From: Eledone cirrhosa
Taxonomy: Eukaryota
Direction of reading: 5' to 3'
DNA: 64,000 bases
NCBI GenBank assembly: GCA_964016885.1
Contig: OZ024743.1
Location: 233,182,001 to 233,246,000, forward strand
Positions 1-12,318 of this stretch are shown here, piece after piece; position 1 is the first letter of the stretch, and each line of letters opens with the position of its first letter. The notes beneath the pieces are model-generated. The model ran no database searches, was not told the DNA's origin, and worked only from the letters and a program-made list of their open reading frames with translations. The translations under genes were made by a program, and so were the position numbers.

Positions 1-898
1 ATCTTGCGAACAAATATCGTCCCCACCCTGTATATATATATATATATACAACCCTACATATATACATAAACATGCACAGTGTTAAGTCTCTGGTGTACAC
101 AATCTGTGCAGCTATCAATCATGTAGGACACTGCACAGTACACACACAATCTTATAGCTATACATATACACACGCAGCTAAATTTCTGGTGTTCTCAATA
201 TGTGCAGCTATCAATCGTGCATGACACTGCGCTGTACACCCACACACTCAACCGTCATCATCATTGTTCAACGTGCATCTTCCACGCTATCATGGGTTAG
301 ATGGGAATTGTCCCACTTGAGGCAAGATTGATCGGGTGACCGTGTCTCGCTCATATAGGACTGTATCTGGCAGCTTTTCTACAGCTAGATGCCCTTCCTA
401 ACACCAACCACATTTACAGTGTGGACTAGAAGCCTTTTTACCGTGTCTCCAACACGACCACTTTACAGCATGGACCGAGTGCTTTTTTGTCGTGACACCT
501 ACACAACCTCTTTAGACTGGACTGGATGTCCTGTGGTACCAACATAACTTTACAGAGAAAGGGGTGTGTTGGTGGGAGTTGGAGGATGGAGTAGGAGTAG
601 TGGGATATATACATATAAACACTTAAAGTGGTGAAATTCTATGCTGTAAAGCATGGCGTCCGACTCTCTACCGATACTGCCAATCCACCACCCTAATAAT
701 AATGAAATTATTGTGTACTGCTCAGGTGCACTACAACTCATCAAAGGTGCATGTATAGTACATAGAATAATGTACAAATGTCAGGAAAGTGAACAGTGTA
801 TGAGACATGATATACATGTGTGTGTGTGTGTGTGTGTATGGAGGAGGAATATCAGGTATAGTGTTGGCGAATTTCAGGAAGCATGGAGATACACTTAC

Positions 899-1032
899 AG
901 CTAAATCTCTGGTGTTGTCAATATGTGCAGCAATTAATCGTGCATGACATTGTGCTGTACACACAACATTAATAACTTTTGATTTATTGCGATCTTCATC
1001 TCCACTTTCCCAAAATGTTTCTGTTGAACAAT
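899..1032 (-). CDS. MYCBP2: MYCBP2 exon DCSTETFWESGDEDRNKSK...HIDNTRDLA (DOC/APC10-like domain), phase 1-0
   Basis: STETFWESGDED signature; tttcag| and |gtaagt; gene continues beyond position 1. Confidence 0.95.
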
Positions 1033-1851
1033 CTGAAATAAAGAAAACACAGCCAGAGCTAGATTTTGTGGTAATGGTGGTGGTAGTGCTGATGGTTGTG
1101 ATGATGTTCACAACATTGTTCAGCTCTAGGTTAATTTTTTTAATCCTTCCAACAATTTTATATAAGAACATTTATGCGATGTTATAAATAGCACCTGATT
1201 AATGAAATAATAATCTTAGTAAATTCTTCTGAATTCTTCATTATTTAAAAGAAATATTAATTCTCCAACTATCAATCTGTTAATTCCTACCCGAATATCT
1301 GTTTCCATTAGACTTTCTATTGCTGATACTCTCTGCTAGTTCCAACCTTTGAATCAGATACTGCAAAGCATACTATCAGACTCTTAAACAATTCCACCAA
1401 TCCACTGTCCCTGAAGGACACTTCATTTGAATATCCAAATGACCTCAATATTTTCAGCACATATGTAACCAAATATTTATTTTTATCCACAGGCATTCCT
1501 CTGTTCAATACTTAAGTTCATTTTGGCTAATTGGATAAAGGACAAAAGAGGGAACATTGAGGTTTTCCATCATTGTAGACCAAGTAAATGAGGGTGTCTC
1601 TACCTGCTAGAAATGGCAGTTGCAAATTACCTACTACTCTTTAAAAAAGAAGCACTAAGTTACATACTGTAATACATTGTGAGTAGAAAAAAAAGGACAT
1701 GATAGTTATGGCTGGAAAACCTTTGGATCACAGATTTGCTGGGTCAAGGCCTACTTTGGGTTAATCAACAACAGTGTCACAAAGATATAAAAACCAATGT
1801 CCAGATATTTCTCTTAAAATCTAAAATTCAAAAAAGTTAAAGGTTACTCAC

Positions 1852-1942
1852 CTGTTAGACTAGCAATCATACTTTGTCGACTTGAAGCCCTGATGTCAGC
1901 TGAGGCAGTCAGATCTTTCCAGAGGCTTAGCATACTTGTTGA
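1852..1942 (-). CDS. MYCBP2: MYCBP2 exon STSMLSLWKDLTASADIRASSRQSMIASLT, phase 0-1 (DOC domain start)
   Basis: KDLT...SSR-MI-SLTD motif; ttatcag| and CAG|gtgagt. Confidence 0.92.
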
Positions 1943-3042
1943 CTGATAAAGATAAAACACAACTAATTATTTACAGGGAAAAATGGGGTGGTAACAAACT
2001 CTTCACTCTTGGCTGGCTGGGTAGTATATCTCAGCTGCACTCCACTGATGGTAAAAACATTGCCATGAAGAACAGCCAGTGATAACTATGTAGCAGAGCT
2101 ACTTGCTTGGCGTGTATCAATAATCTATCCAGGTGTGATTTGGCTATAGTCAAACCAATCGTAAGCCACGTATGAATATATATCAACTTCCGCCAGCTCA
2201 AAGATTTTCCCATTTCTTTGGTAAAAACTAGCCTCTTGCTACTTTGGACTCTGAAAGGTCAACACGCAATTATGTAACGGTGATATTTTCACTTTGGCCT
2301 GTCGGCCTCCTTCAGCTCGGCACAGCGCCTTTTTTTTTTACTTCTTAAAACTCTTAATTTTGTTTGTTCCTTTCCTTGACTTGTCAACCCAGCTTAACTT
2401 TTGTGGTCGGTTGTAAATAAAGCTTGTAAAATATTATAAAGTCTCATAATTGAAAACACCAGCCTTGGAACCAAGGACAATGGTCTGGGAACCAAGGACA
2501 CCAGAGGTCTCAGTTTACTGATAGTGAAGGATAATTAAAGAATCTCATAGACTTGGTAAATTGTTGGCATGTCACCAGCATGGGATGAACTTTAGAATTA
2601 ATCCTTTAACATTCAAACCAGCCATATCCGGCCAGAATTCTCTCACCTCTTTCTGTTCAAACCAGCCATAACCAGTCACTCATACCAACATTACGGTATT
2701 GTTCTCAAATAACCACGCATTCATACACTAAACAACCTCATATATATACACACACTACACCAAAACTACCACACACTCATACACCAAAAAACTACATATA
2801 TATATACACACACTACACCAAAACTACCATACTCATACACTAAACTTCATACATACACACACTCATACACCAAAACTACCACACACTCATACACCAACTA
2901 CACACACACTACACCAAAACTACCACACACTCATACACCAAATAACTACATACATACACACACTACACCAAAACGACCATACATTCATACACTAAACAAC
3001 CACATACACACTCACACTACACCAAACTATCACAACACAATA

Positions 3043-3147
3043 TACAGGTTGTCCCCCCAAAATGTATACATAATTTGATTACCTGTACAAGCAATATTTA
3101 TTAGAATGCTGTTGAAGTGTGTATGCATTTTTGGGCGACACCTTGTA
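3043..3147. mobile_element. Tc1/mariner-type MITE
   Basis: TA-CAGGTTGTCCCCCCAAAATGTATACA...TGTATGCATTTTTGGGCGACACCTTG-TA imperfect TIRs. Confidence 0.7.
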
Positions 3148-3208
3148 TACATATATAAAGAGGAAGCTGTCAGTAATCTGCTATTGGATGCAGTAAAATA
3201 ATTCAAAC

Positions 3209-3355
3209 CTGAGGATTTTCTGTGTTAACATCTTCTGTGTCTTCATCATCGGACTTGACCAGGATCCTGCTGATGTTACTGAACACATGGCTTTCATGAA
3301 GAAACTGGTGGTCAGCCTGAGTGAAACGTAGGCAGTAACAGCGTACTGCCATTTG
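3209..3355 (-). CDS. MYCBP2: MYCBP2 exon QMAVRCYCLRFTQADHQFLHESHVFSNISRIL...ENPQ, phase 0-0
   Basis: QMA-RC and DHQFLH-S-VF motifs by hand translation; ctccag| and CAG|gtttga. Confidence 0.94.
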
Positions 3356-4501
3356 CTGGAGAGGACAAGGTGAGCAAGGTGGACAGCAACAATAACAGTG
3401 ATGATGACAACGAGGAGGAGAAGCAGAAAAATAAAGAAAGGAAAAATTATTATTATTATTATTATTATTATTATTGGATTAATATTAATATTTATAATAA
3501 TTGTTTCTACTTTAGGCACAAGGCCAGCAATTACCCAATGCATTACTGGTACTTTATTTTATCGACCCCGTAAGGATGAAAGACAAAGTCAACCTCGGCG
3601 GGATTTGAACTCAGATCGTAAAGGGGCGTAACTATGCTGGAAAACATGGCGTCCGACCCTCTACCGATACTGCCAATCCACCGCATATTAATATTTATAA
3701 TAATAATAATAAAATGTAGTTTACTTGAAGCATTGTATATAATATATAATGTGGAAAGTGTAATAAGGCTAAACAATGCAAAATAGATAAGATGAAGGTA
3801 ATGAAAAATTTAGTTACCTGGTAATCATCGGGGGGGGGGGGGTGCTGTTGTTTCTTTTGTCTTAATATTTCGAGACTTAAAATTCCCTTCTTCAGAGTAT
3901 AAGGAACTCAGAGAAAAACCAAAGAGAAGAAACCGAAACAGTTTTCTCCGAGGTACTCATACTCTGAAGAAGAGAATTTTAAGTCCTGAAATATTAAGTG
4001 GTAGTGATAGTATAATGATAAAATGCACCCAGCCAACACTAAAGTGGTAGTGTTGGTGCCATGGAAAAATGAATCCAGCCCACAATATAAAGTGGTATTG
4101 CTGGTATCACAGTAAAATGCACTCAGTGTAGACTGTAAACTAGTAGTGCTGGTGTCACAATAAAATGCATCCAGCTCCCTTTATCAAGTGATAGTGGTGA
4201 TGCTATGATAAAATGTACCCATTCTATCCTGTAAGGTGGTAGTGTTGGTGCCATGATAAAATGTACTCAGCCCACTCTGACAAGTTGTAGGAGTGGTGCC
4301 ACAATAAAATGCACCCAGCAGATGCCATGAAGTGGTTGGTATATAGAAGGGCATCCAGCCATAGAAACCATTCCGAAAAAAACGTATGAGCATGTGATCT
4401 AATGCTAGCATCAGAGCATGACAGCCCATCCAACCAATACAAGCATGGAAAATAAACATGCCATAATAGTGATGGTGATGATGATAGTTTGTACAACATA
4501 C

Positions 4502-4642
4502 CTGGAGACTGGTACCAAGAGGTAGATGCATCATAACATCGGCTACTGTCTGTAAGAGGGTATGGAAGGTGACAGGTAATGGGTGGACAGCTGCTCCAGC
4601 TATAGCAACATCAGCGAGGGGATGATCACAAAGGGGAACATC
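4502..4642 (-). CDS. MYCBP2: MYCBP2 exon DVPLCDHPLADVAIAG...FHTLLQTVADVMMHLPLGTSLQ, phase 0-0
   Basis: C-HPL-D and FH-LLQT motifs; ttgcag| and CAG|gtatgt. Confidence 0.94.
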
Positions 4643-7437
4643 CTGCAAAGAATTGGATATTAACACTTTAACATTCGCATTATATTTACTATTGTATTTT
4701 TGCAGTAAAGGCTTTACCTCACATAATATCGAATCTGAGATTTTGATGTTATTTATTTTGAGAACAATACCTTAACATCAGTATTAGCAGCCTGTTATGG
4801 CTGGTTTGAACACAAAGAGGTGAGAGAATTCTGACCGGATACAGCCAGTTTAAATGCTAAAGTGTTAAAGCTTCATTTTTTTCTTTTTAATTATAAAATA
4901 GAATTTAATTAAGAACAGGAAAATAAAATAACAGTTTAACACTTTCATGACCATATTTCTAATGAACTAAACTATTTCAATTAATTCATGAACAATTTTA
5001 AAGGATTTACTAAAATTTTTATTTCATTACTACAATAGTAGCTTAACATATGGCCTTATATTAAATAATTGTTTCTACTTTTGGTACAAGGCCAGCAATT
5101 TCTCTAGTGCATTACTGGTGCTTTATTTTATCAGCCCCGTAAGATTTGAACTCAGAACGTAAAGGGCTATAAGTATGCTGCAAAGCATGTCTGACACTCT
5201 ACCAATACTGTCAATCCACTGCTCTCTTTTTATCAAATAATATAAGAAAATTACAACCCATTTGAGACTGTATTTCTAATGTATTACACTTTATTTCAAT
5301 TTATTCATAAAGAAGTTTGAGGGATTTATTAAAATTATTAATTATTTCATTACTAAGATAATAACTTAACATATAGTTGTTATATTCATAAAGTAGGAAT
5401 ATTTTAACCTTTTTGTAACCATATTTCTTATGAAATATGGTTACAAAAGGGTTAAAATATGAAATACACTGCTTTATCTACAACATTCAATAATTCATGA
5501 AGAACTATGAAGAGTTTACTAAAATTATTAATTACTTTATTACTAAGATAAAATTATGTTTGAAGATTTTAATCTCAATGCGAAACCAATGTCAGATTTA
5601 GTCAGGTTGATATCAAACAGGCTAAAAAAAATACCTAATCAAGAATTGAATACTCTTAGTCAAATAACACTTTTCCAGTCATCAAGGGAGCCTCTACATG
5701 ATCACCCAACCTTCTAAAAATAGTAGTTAAATATCTCTTTAATACTCTACAAAGTTGAATAACGTAGTACTATATATAATTTTTTCTACTTTTTGCACAT
5801 GGCCAGCAATTATCCCAGTGTATTACTGGTACTTTATTTTATCAACACCGTAAGGATGAAAGGCAAGTTAACCTCGGCGGGATTTGAAATCAGACCATAA
5901 AGGGTCATAACTCTTTGCTGCAAAGCATGGCGTCCGACCCTCTACCGATACTGCCAATCCACCACCCTTCTCTTTAAAAAAAAGGAAGGATAGTCCATAT
6001 TACATTATCCAATATATATTTCTAAAAAGTTTCTTTGTGTGTATGTCCCTTTTATGTAACAATCTTTTTTTAAACCACACCATCTAAACAATGTGTTGAT
6101 TAGCTGCCTCAACTTATAAATAGGGTTTAGATTTTGTACATTTCTCAGACATAACATAGTGGAAGGTCAGCTTATAACCGAGTACATATGGTAACTAACT
6201 TTCTCATTATTAAGCTGGTGTTTGGAATAAAGATTCTTACATAAAATAATTGTTTCTACTTTTGGCACAAGGCCAGCAATTATTCCAGTGTATTACTGGT
6301 ACTTTATTTTATCAACCCGTAAGGATGAAAGGCAAAGTTAACCAGGGCGAGATTTGAACTCATACCATAAAGGGCCGTAACTCTTTGCTGCAAAGCATGG
6401 CGTCCAACCCTCTACTGATACTGATAAAATAATGATGGAAGTTTATTTAAATATATAAGCACTTTAAAATAAACAGTCATGTATTGTAAAACCATGATCA
6501 GTTTCAAACAGTTTGGTTTGAAAAGGGTTAACCTCATATAACAATGATAACTAATAACCCACAGCTATAGGAATACGGCAAATTGACAGTCATTAGAAAG
6601 TTTGGATAGAATGTTTTATGGTATTCGTTCTGGCTCTCTTCTCTCTGGGTTCAAATCCCGCCAACTTTGCCTTTCATCCTTTCGAGGTTGACAAAAAAAG
6701 TATCAGTCTAATACTGGGGTCGATTCTTCCACTCATTGGAAGAAATCTGCTGTACTCAGACCTGGAGAGGCATGGGCTCCGCTAGGCTTTAAAATACCCA
6801 AGAATCGTTGTATGTCAATATCGCGCCTCTACAACTCTATCAGGAGTTATGGGACCATACCATACCATAGGAATATTCCTACAGTTAGATTTAAAATCAG
6901 CTGAGAAAGACAATAAAATATTTGTATATTCTTTTTTCTTATTACAGTGCTACTATTGCTTGATGTAAAGTTAAGTACATTGTAGTACTTATTAACAACT
7001 GGGTGAACTGTACCATATGTAACTCAATGTAATATCAGTGCAAATGACAGGATGTAAATAGCTTATCCCTATAATTTTGACTATCTCCAAGCTGTTTTAC
7101 TTTATCATGGAAAGCAGACATAAAATGACGATGAGGATGATGGAGATTGGAAGCAGTTGATGCAACCACAGATATGTACCAAATGCACAATGAGTTGAAA
7201 AATCCACCATTCCACCACCACCACCATGACCCATCTATAAAATAAAATACAACTAGTTGCACCAAATTCCAGATTCAATATACAATCACAACTTGCAAGG
7301 GAACTGACAGGATTAAGGGACTCAAGACTCAAAAGGGAGAAAAGGCCTCGGCTGGAAAAATGTCAAAGGGGATGGAAATAAAAACCACAAAAGAATGGGG
7401 AAGTTTTGGGGGACCATGAGTGGAAAAATTTGCTTAC

Positions 7438-7602
7438 TTCTTGATCTTTTCTTTCTTTCTTCTCCTTCACTTGCTGCTCAGCTTCTTCCTCCTCCTCTTC
7501 CTCATCATCATCATATGTTGGTGACAATGAGGACACAAAAAACCAGAGCAGGTCATGGATGCAAGTAGCTTGGGTGACTGTCCTGACTAACCAGTTCAAA
7601 CC
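7438..7602 (-). CDS. MYCBP2: MYCBP2 exon GLNWLVRTVTQATCIHDLLWFFVSSL...RKDQE, phase 0-0
   Basis: NWL-VTQ-HDLLW-FV motif; ctatag| and |gtaagc. Confidence 0.94.
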
Positions 7603-7659
7603 CTATAGAAGAAGCAACAAAAAACAATAAATTATTATTTACTAGAAAAGAGTCAAGAA

Positions 7660-8810
7660 GAAGTCAGAAAGGAGTCAAGAAGGAGTTGAGAAACAGTGTT
7701 AAAAGAGTTGAGAAAGAGTGTTGAAAGAGTTGAGAAAGAGTGTTGAAAGAGTTGAGAAAGAGTGTTAAAAGAGTTGAGAAAGAGTGTTAAAAGAGTTGAG
7801 AAAGAGTGTTAAAAGAGTTGAGAAAGAGTGTTAAAAGAGTTGAGAAAGAGTGTTAAAAGAGTTGAGAAAGAGTGTTAAAAGAGTTGAGAAAGAGTGTTAA
7901 AAGAGTTAAGAAAGAGTTGAGAAAGAGTGTTAAAAGAGTTAAGAAAGAGTTGAGAAAGAGTGTTAAAAGAGTGTTAAAAGAGTTGAGAAAGAGTGTTAAA
8001 AGAGTTGAGAAAGAGTGTTAAAAGAGTTGAGAAAGAGTGTTAAAAGAGTTGAGAAAGAGTGTTAAAAGAGTTGAGAAAGAGTGTTAAAAGAGTTGAGAAA
8101 GAGTGTTAAAAGAGTTGAGAAAGAGTGTTAAAAGAGTTGAGAAAGAGTGTTAAAAGAGTTGAGAAAGATGTTAAAAGAGTTGAGAAAGAGTGTTAAAAGA
8201 GTTGAGAAAGAGTGTTAAAAGAGTTGAGAAAGAGTGTTAAAAGAGTTGAGAAAGAGTGTTAAAAGAGTTGAGAAAGAGTGTTAAAAGAGTTGAGAAAGAG
8301 TGTTAAAAGAGTTGAGAGAGAGTGTTAAAAGAGTTGAGAATGAGTGTTAAAAGAGTTGAGAATGAGTTGAGAAAGAGTGTTAAAAGTGTGTTGAAAGAGT
8401 TGGAAAAGAGTTGGGAAAGAGTTGGGAAAGAGTTGGGAAAGAGTTGGGAAAGAGTTGGGAAAGAGTTGGGAAAGAGTTGGGAAAGAGTTGGGAAAGAGTT
8501 GGGAAAGAGTTGGGAAAGAGTTGGGAAAGAGTCGGGAAAGAGTCGGGAAAGAGTCGGGAAAGAGTCGGGAAAGAGTCGGGAAAGAGTCGGGAAAGAGTCA
8601 TGAAAGAGTGGAGAAGGAATGGAAAAGGAGTTGAGGAATGGAGAAGGAGTTGAGGAATGGAGAAGGAGTCGAGGAATGGAGAAGGAGTCGAGGAATGGAG
8701 AAGGAGTCGGAGAGTAGAGAAGGAATGGCGGAAGAGTGACGAGAGAGTGACGAGAGAGTGACGAGAGAGTGACGAGAGAGTGACGAGAGAGTGACGAGAG
8801 AGTCGAGAAA
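7660..8810. repeat. Purine-rich minisatellite: 22-bp unit grading into 11-bp GGGAAAGAGTY, then 19-bp and 11-bp units
   Basis: Direct reading of tandem units. Confidence 0.95.
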
Positions 8811-9386
8811 TAGTCGATTGGACTGAAAACTCTACAGGATTAAAGAAGTGACAGGAGTGAGAAAAGGACAGAGATAAAAATAGAGAGAACTACGAGAGAG
8901 AAATAAGAAAGATCAGCAAAGAGAGATGAAAGAGGAATATAATAATAGGCACCCTTCAGTCACGACTGACCACAGAATTGCACTTAAAAAGTTCCATTCC
9001 ATGGTGGAAAACTAAAAAAGGTGTTTTGTAGAAGACCAGTAGTTGCTCATCCATATCAGTCTTCCCAATTTACACCTCTAATCTCTTCCAAGGAAAAGGC
9101 AAAGGCTGATATAACTTGGAATCGGATTCATAAAATTTTTTATTTTAGCTGAGTGAACTGGAGTGACATAAAATAAAGAGTCTTGCTCAAAGACACAAAA
9201 CGCTGCCTGATTCAGAAATAAAATTCACAAACTTATAATTGTGAACCAAACACCATTAAATACTAAATGATAAGTGAAACAAGAGAGAGAGAGAGAGAAA
9301 TAGTGAAGATATATATGTGTGTGTGTGTGTAGTGATGATAGAGAGAGAGAAAGAGAGAGAGAGACAAAGATTTGTTTTGATCTTAC

Positions 9387-9604
9387 CTGCATTGCAAACA
9401 CTCTACAGATAGCTTTCCTCAATGCATGCCTCATGGCAATCTGTAGATTATCCAAGTCATGACGCTGTACTACAAACGCCATTACAGGACGGTTTAAAGT
9501 CTTTTCATTGTGGCCATTGTCCCGAGAATTTTTAGATTTGTCAACAAGGCTGATCAAACGACTCATCGCTGCTGAAGGGTTCTTCAGTAATGACATCCCT
9601 CCAT
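9387..9604 (-). CDS. MYCBP2: MYCBP2 exon DGGMSLLKNPSAAM...FVVQRHDL...ALRKAICRVFAMQ, phase 1-0
   Basis: Conserved HDL and LRK-CRV motifs; tttcag| and CAG|gtaaga. Confidence 0.94.
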
Positions 9605-10670
9605 CTGAAATGACAAAGACGATAATGCTGATGACAATGATAGAGAAGATGGTGATAATAATGGTGGTGATGATGATTGCAATGAGTGTATTGAAATCCT
9701 GTGTGATGTGTTGTGGTGTGGTGTGGTGTGGTGTGGTGTGGTGCAGTGCATGACACTATAGTGATAATGACAATGATAATGACAATGATAATGACAATGA
9801 TAATGTCATTGGTAACAATAAGGGATTAAGTCCTTTTTAGGCCTTAAACACCTAATGGTTTATGGTGCACCCCGTATATATAAAGTCAGTAAAAAGACTT
9901 TGGAGTGAATGACAAATACATAAAATTTGAATAAAATAGTATACCTCTTCCCTTGAAGTCCTAAACATATTTTCTTAGTTAATCCAGCCCTGGTTTAGTC
10001 CCAGGACAGCTTGACCAAACAGTTCCTAACCTCAAAATATGAAATATTAAAGTAAAAGTGTAAATTTTTGTTTTGTCTTTCTTATTTAACTCTACTCCAG
10101 TTTTTACTCTTATTAGATATCCCTATGAATTTTTGAAAATATTAAAATCTAACATGTACTTTTTCTTGGAGAGCCTCCAAAAAGAAACATTTTGGTACCT
10201 CATTTGTGAAATTTGGATGAATAGTTTAGGAAATATGACAATTTGAACGGTCAGTGATATGTGACCGATATTAATCAACAGTATATGAGAAGAAAGTTCA
10301 CATCCAGAAATTTCAAATGAAAAAAATCTATTTTGACATGAAAATAATCAAGCCAAAGGTCGATTTTTGCATGGTCAAACTGTGCTTTTGTGCCCCTTCT
10401 TGGAGCTCTACTCTGATACCTACTCTTATATTTCTATTTTGCATTGTACTAGTTTTCCCAAAACATTCATAACCACATATCTCACAATGCTTCATATAAA
10501 CCACACACACATAAACACACATTTTTGTATTTGTTTTACAAGATAGTTGTAAAAGTACCAGTTAAGTACAGGGATCGATTTAATCGACTTTCCTCACCCC
10601 CAAAATTGTTGGCCTTGTATATGAATCAGAAATCATTATTAGTCAGGTAATTGGGCGGTAAAGTCAGGTA

Positions 10671-10862
10671 AAGGGTGGTGGATTGGCAGTATCGGTAGAG
10701 GGTCGGACGCCATGCTTTCCAGCATAGTTACGTCCCTTTACGATCTGAGATCAAATCCCGCCGAGGTTGACTTTGCCTTTCATCCTTACAGGGTCGATAA
10801 AATAAAGTACCAGTAATGCACTGGGTAATTGCTGGCCTTGTGCCTAAAGTAGAAACAATTAT
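10671..10862 (+). mobile_element. tRNA-derived SINE (~190 bp), representative + copy; others at ~21161-21351, 26591-26760, 6585-6725
   Basis: A box TGGCAGTATCGG; B box GAGTTCAAATCC in family consensus; central GACTTTGCCTTTCATCC...GTCGATAAAATAAAGTACC block; ATT tail; agtcaggtaa repeated on both flanks. Confidence 0.9.
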
Positions 10863-11728
10863 TAGTCAGGTAACTAATCCATTCCTTGGTTAACTAGGCA
10901 GCTTTACAATTATCAAAATTTGTTTGACACACATTCTGTGATCTTCTCAATAACTATTCTTGCCTCTCTGTGAATCCTCTTCATTTTAATTTTGTTTTCT
11001 TTACTCCATCTTGTCTTTCTTGAGAAGGTCACAGAATGTATGATGAAAGAAAGTTTTGACAAATAATACACTGGTTACTAAAATAACCAAGGAATGGATT
11101 AGTTACTGGAATAATAATATCTCTACTTTTGATACAAAGCCAGCAATTACCCCCAGTGCATTACCGGTGCTTTATTTTATTGACCCCGTCAGGATGAAAG
11201 GCAAAGTTAACCTCGGCAGGATTTGAACTCAGAACGTAAAGGTCCATAACTCTACGCTGCAAAGCATGGTGTCTGACATTTTACCATTACTGCCAAACTA
11301 CCCAACTCATAATAAAACCAAAGTGAAGCACAACTGGTGCTTGTGTTTTTGCTGGCAGAATGACCCTCCCAAAATATTACAGTATATATATATATATTGT
11401 TACATTTGGGGAGGGTCATGTTGTCCTAACATTGCCAAAAAATAGTAAAACATTCATTGTTTGGTTTGGTTTTCGCTTCAGTATATTTCTATATTTATAT
11501 AAATAATTTAGTCAGCAATCAATGTTTATCATTGACTGAATCAACAGTTATAAATATAGATATCATTTCTCAAACAATTTCTGTTTCAACACATGATTTC
11601 ATATCAAAAACCTTGCAAAACAAATACATTGCCACTTTATTTATTTATTTATTTATATATAAGAAACGGAGAATCAGTGGTGCGATGAATAAGATTTATT
11701 AGATATATATATTAGATTCGTAGAATCG

Positions 11729-11825
11729 AGACATATCTGAGGATCTTGCGATTTCAGAGTCAGGTTTGGTCATTGCAACAATCGTGCCTCGAGCTGGTCG
11801 CCAGAGAAACAATTGTAATATGTCT
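11729..11825 (+). ncRNA. Type I hammerhead ribozyme motif
   Basis: Stem I AGACATAT/ATATGTCT (8 bp); CUGAGGA 11737-43; extended stem II (TCT-GCGATT...GGTCGC-AGA); GAAA 11806-09; palindromic stem III ACAATTGT; GUA triplet 11815-17. Confidence 0.7.
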
Positions 11826-12122
11826 AATAAATCTTATTCGTCGCACCACTGATTCTCTGTTTCTTATGTGATATTATACTCTGCTCTGTGAGAGCATCGA
11901 GTGCTCAAACGGCCTACCGCTTACAGACGCTTTAAGCATCCCACACCAATTATATATATATATATATATATATGGTAAAGTATGTGTTAGTTAATCACAG
12001 ACACTACTGTATGCAGAATAAATAAATAACTGGGTGTGTGTGTGTGTATATACACATCAACCAACTAGTGAGGACTCACACATATGAAAGAGAGAGATAG
12101 AATAGTATGTACGAATGTTCAC

Positions 12123-12318
12123 CTGAGACACCACCACTATTATTTCTTCGTCTCATCATGACTCGGTTGTAGTGTTTGTCCCCTTGGTCAATTAGACAAC
12201 TGTCCACCTCTGATATACTACGTTGGAACAGTGTTGTCTTCTGGTCTTGTTCAGCCTCGGGACTAGTGCCGGCACTCTTTGGTAATGGTTTGCTTTCATG
12301 TGCATGCCTCAAAGGATC
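12123..12318 (-). CDS. MYCBP2: MYCBP2 exon DPLRHAHE...FQRSISE...RRRNNSGGVS, phase 0-1
   Basis: tttgacag| and CAG|gtgaac; RRRNNS motif. Confidence 0.9.

Noticed and set aside
10671-10765. tRNA gene suggested by A and B boxes
   Set aside because: Head of a multi-copy SINE; no complete cloverleaf
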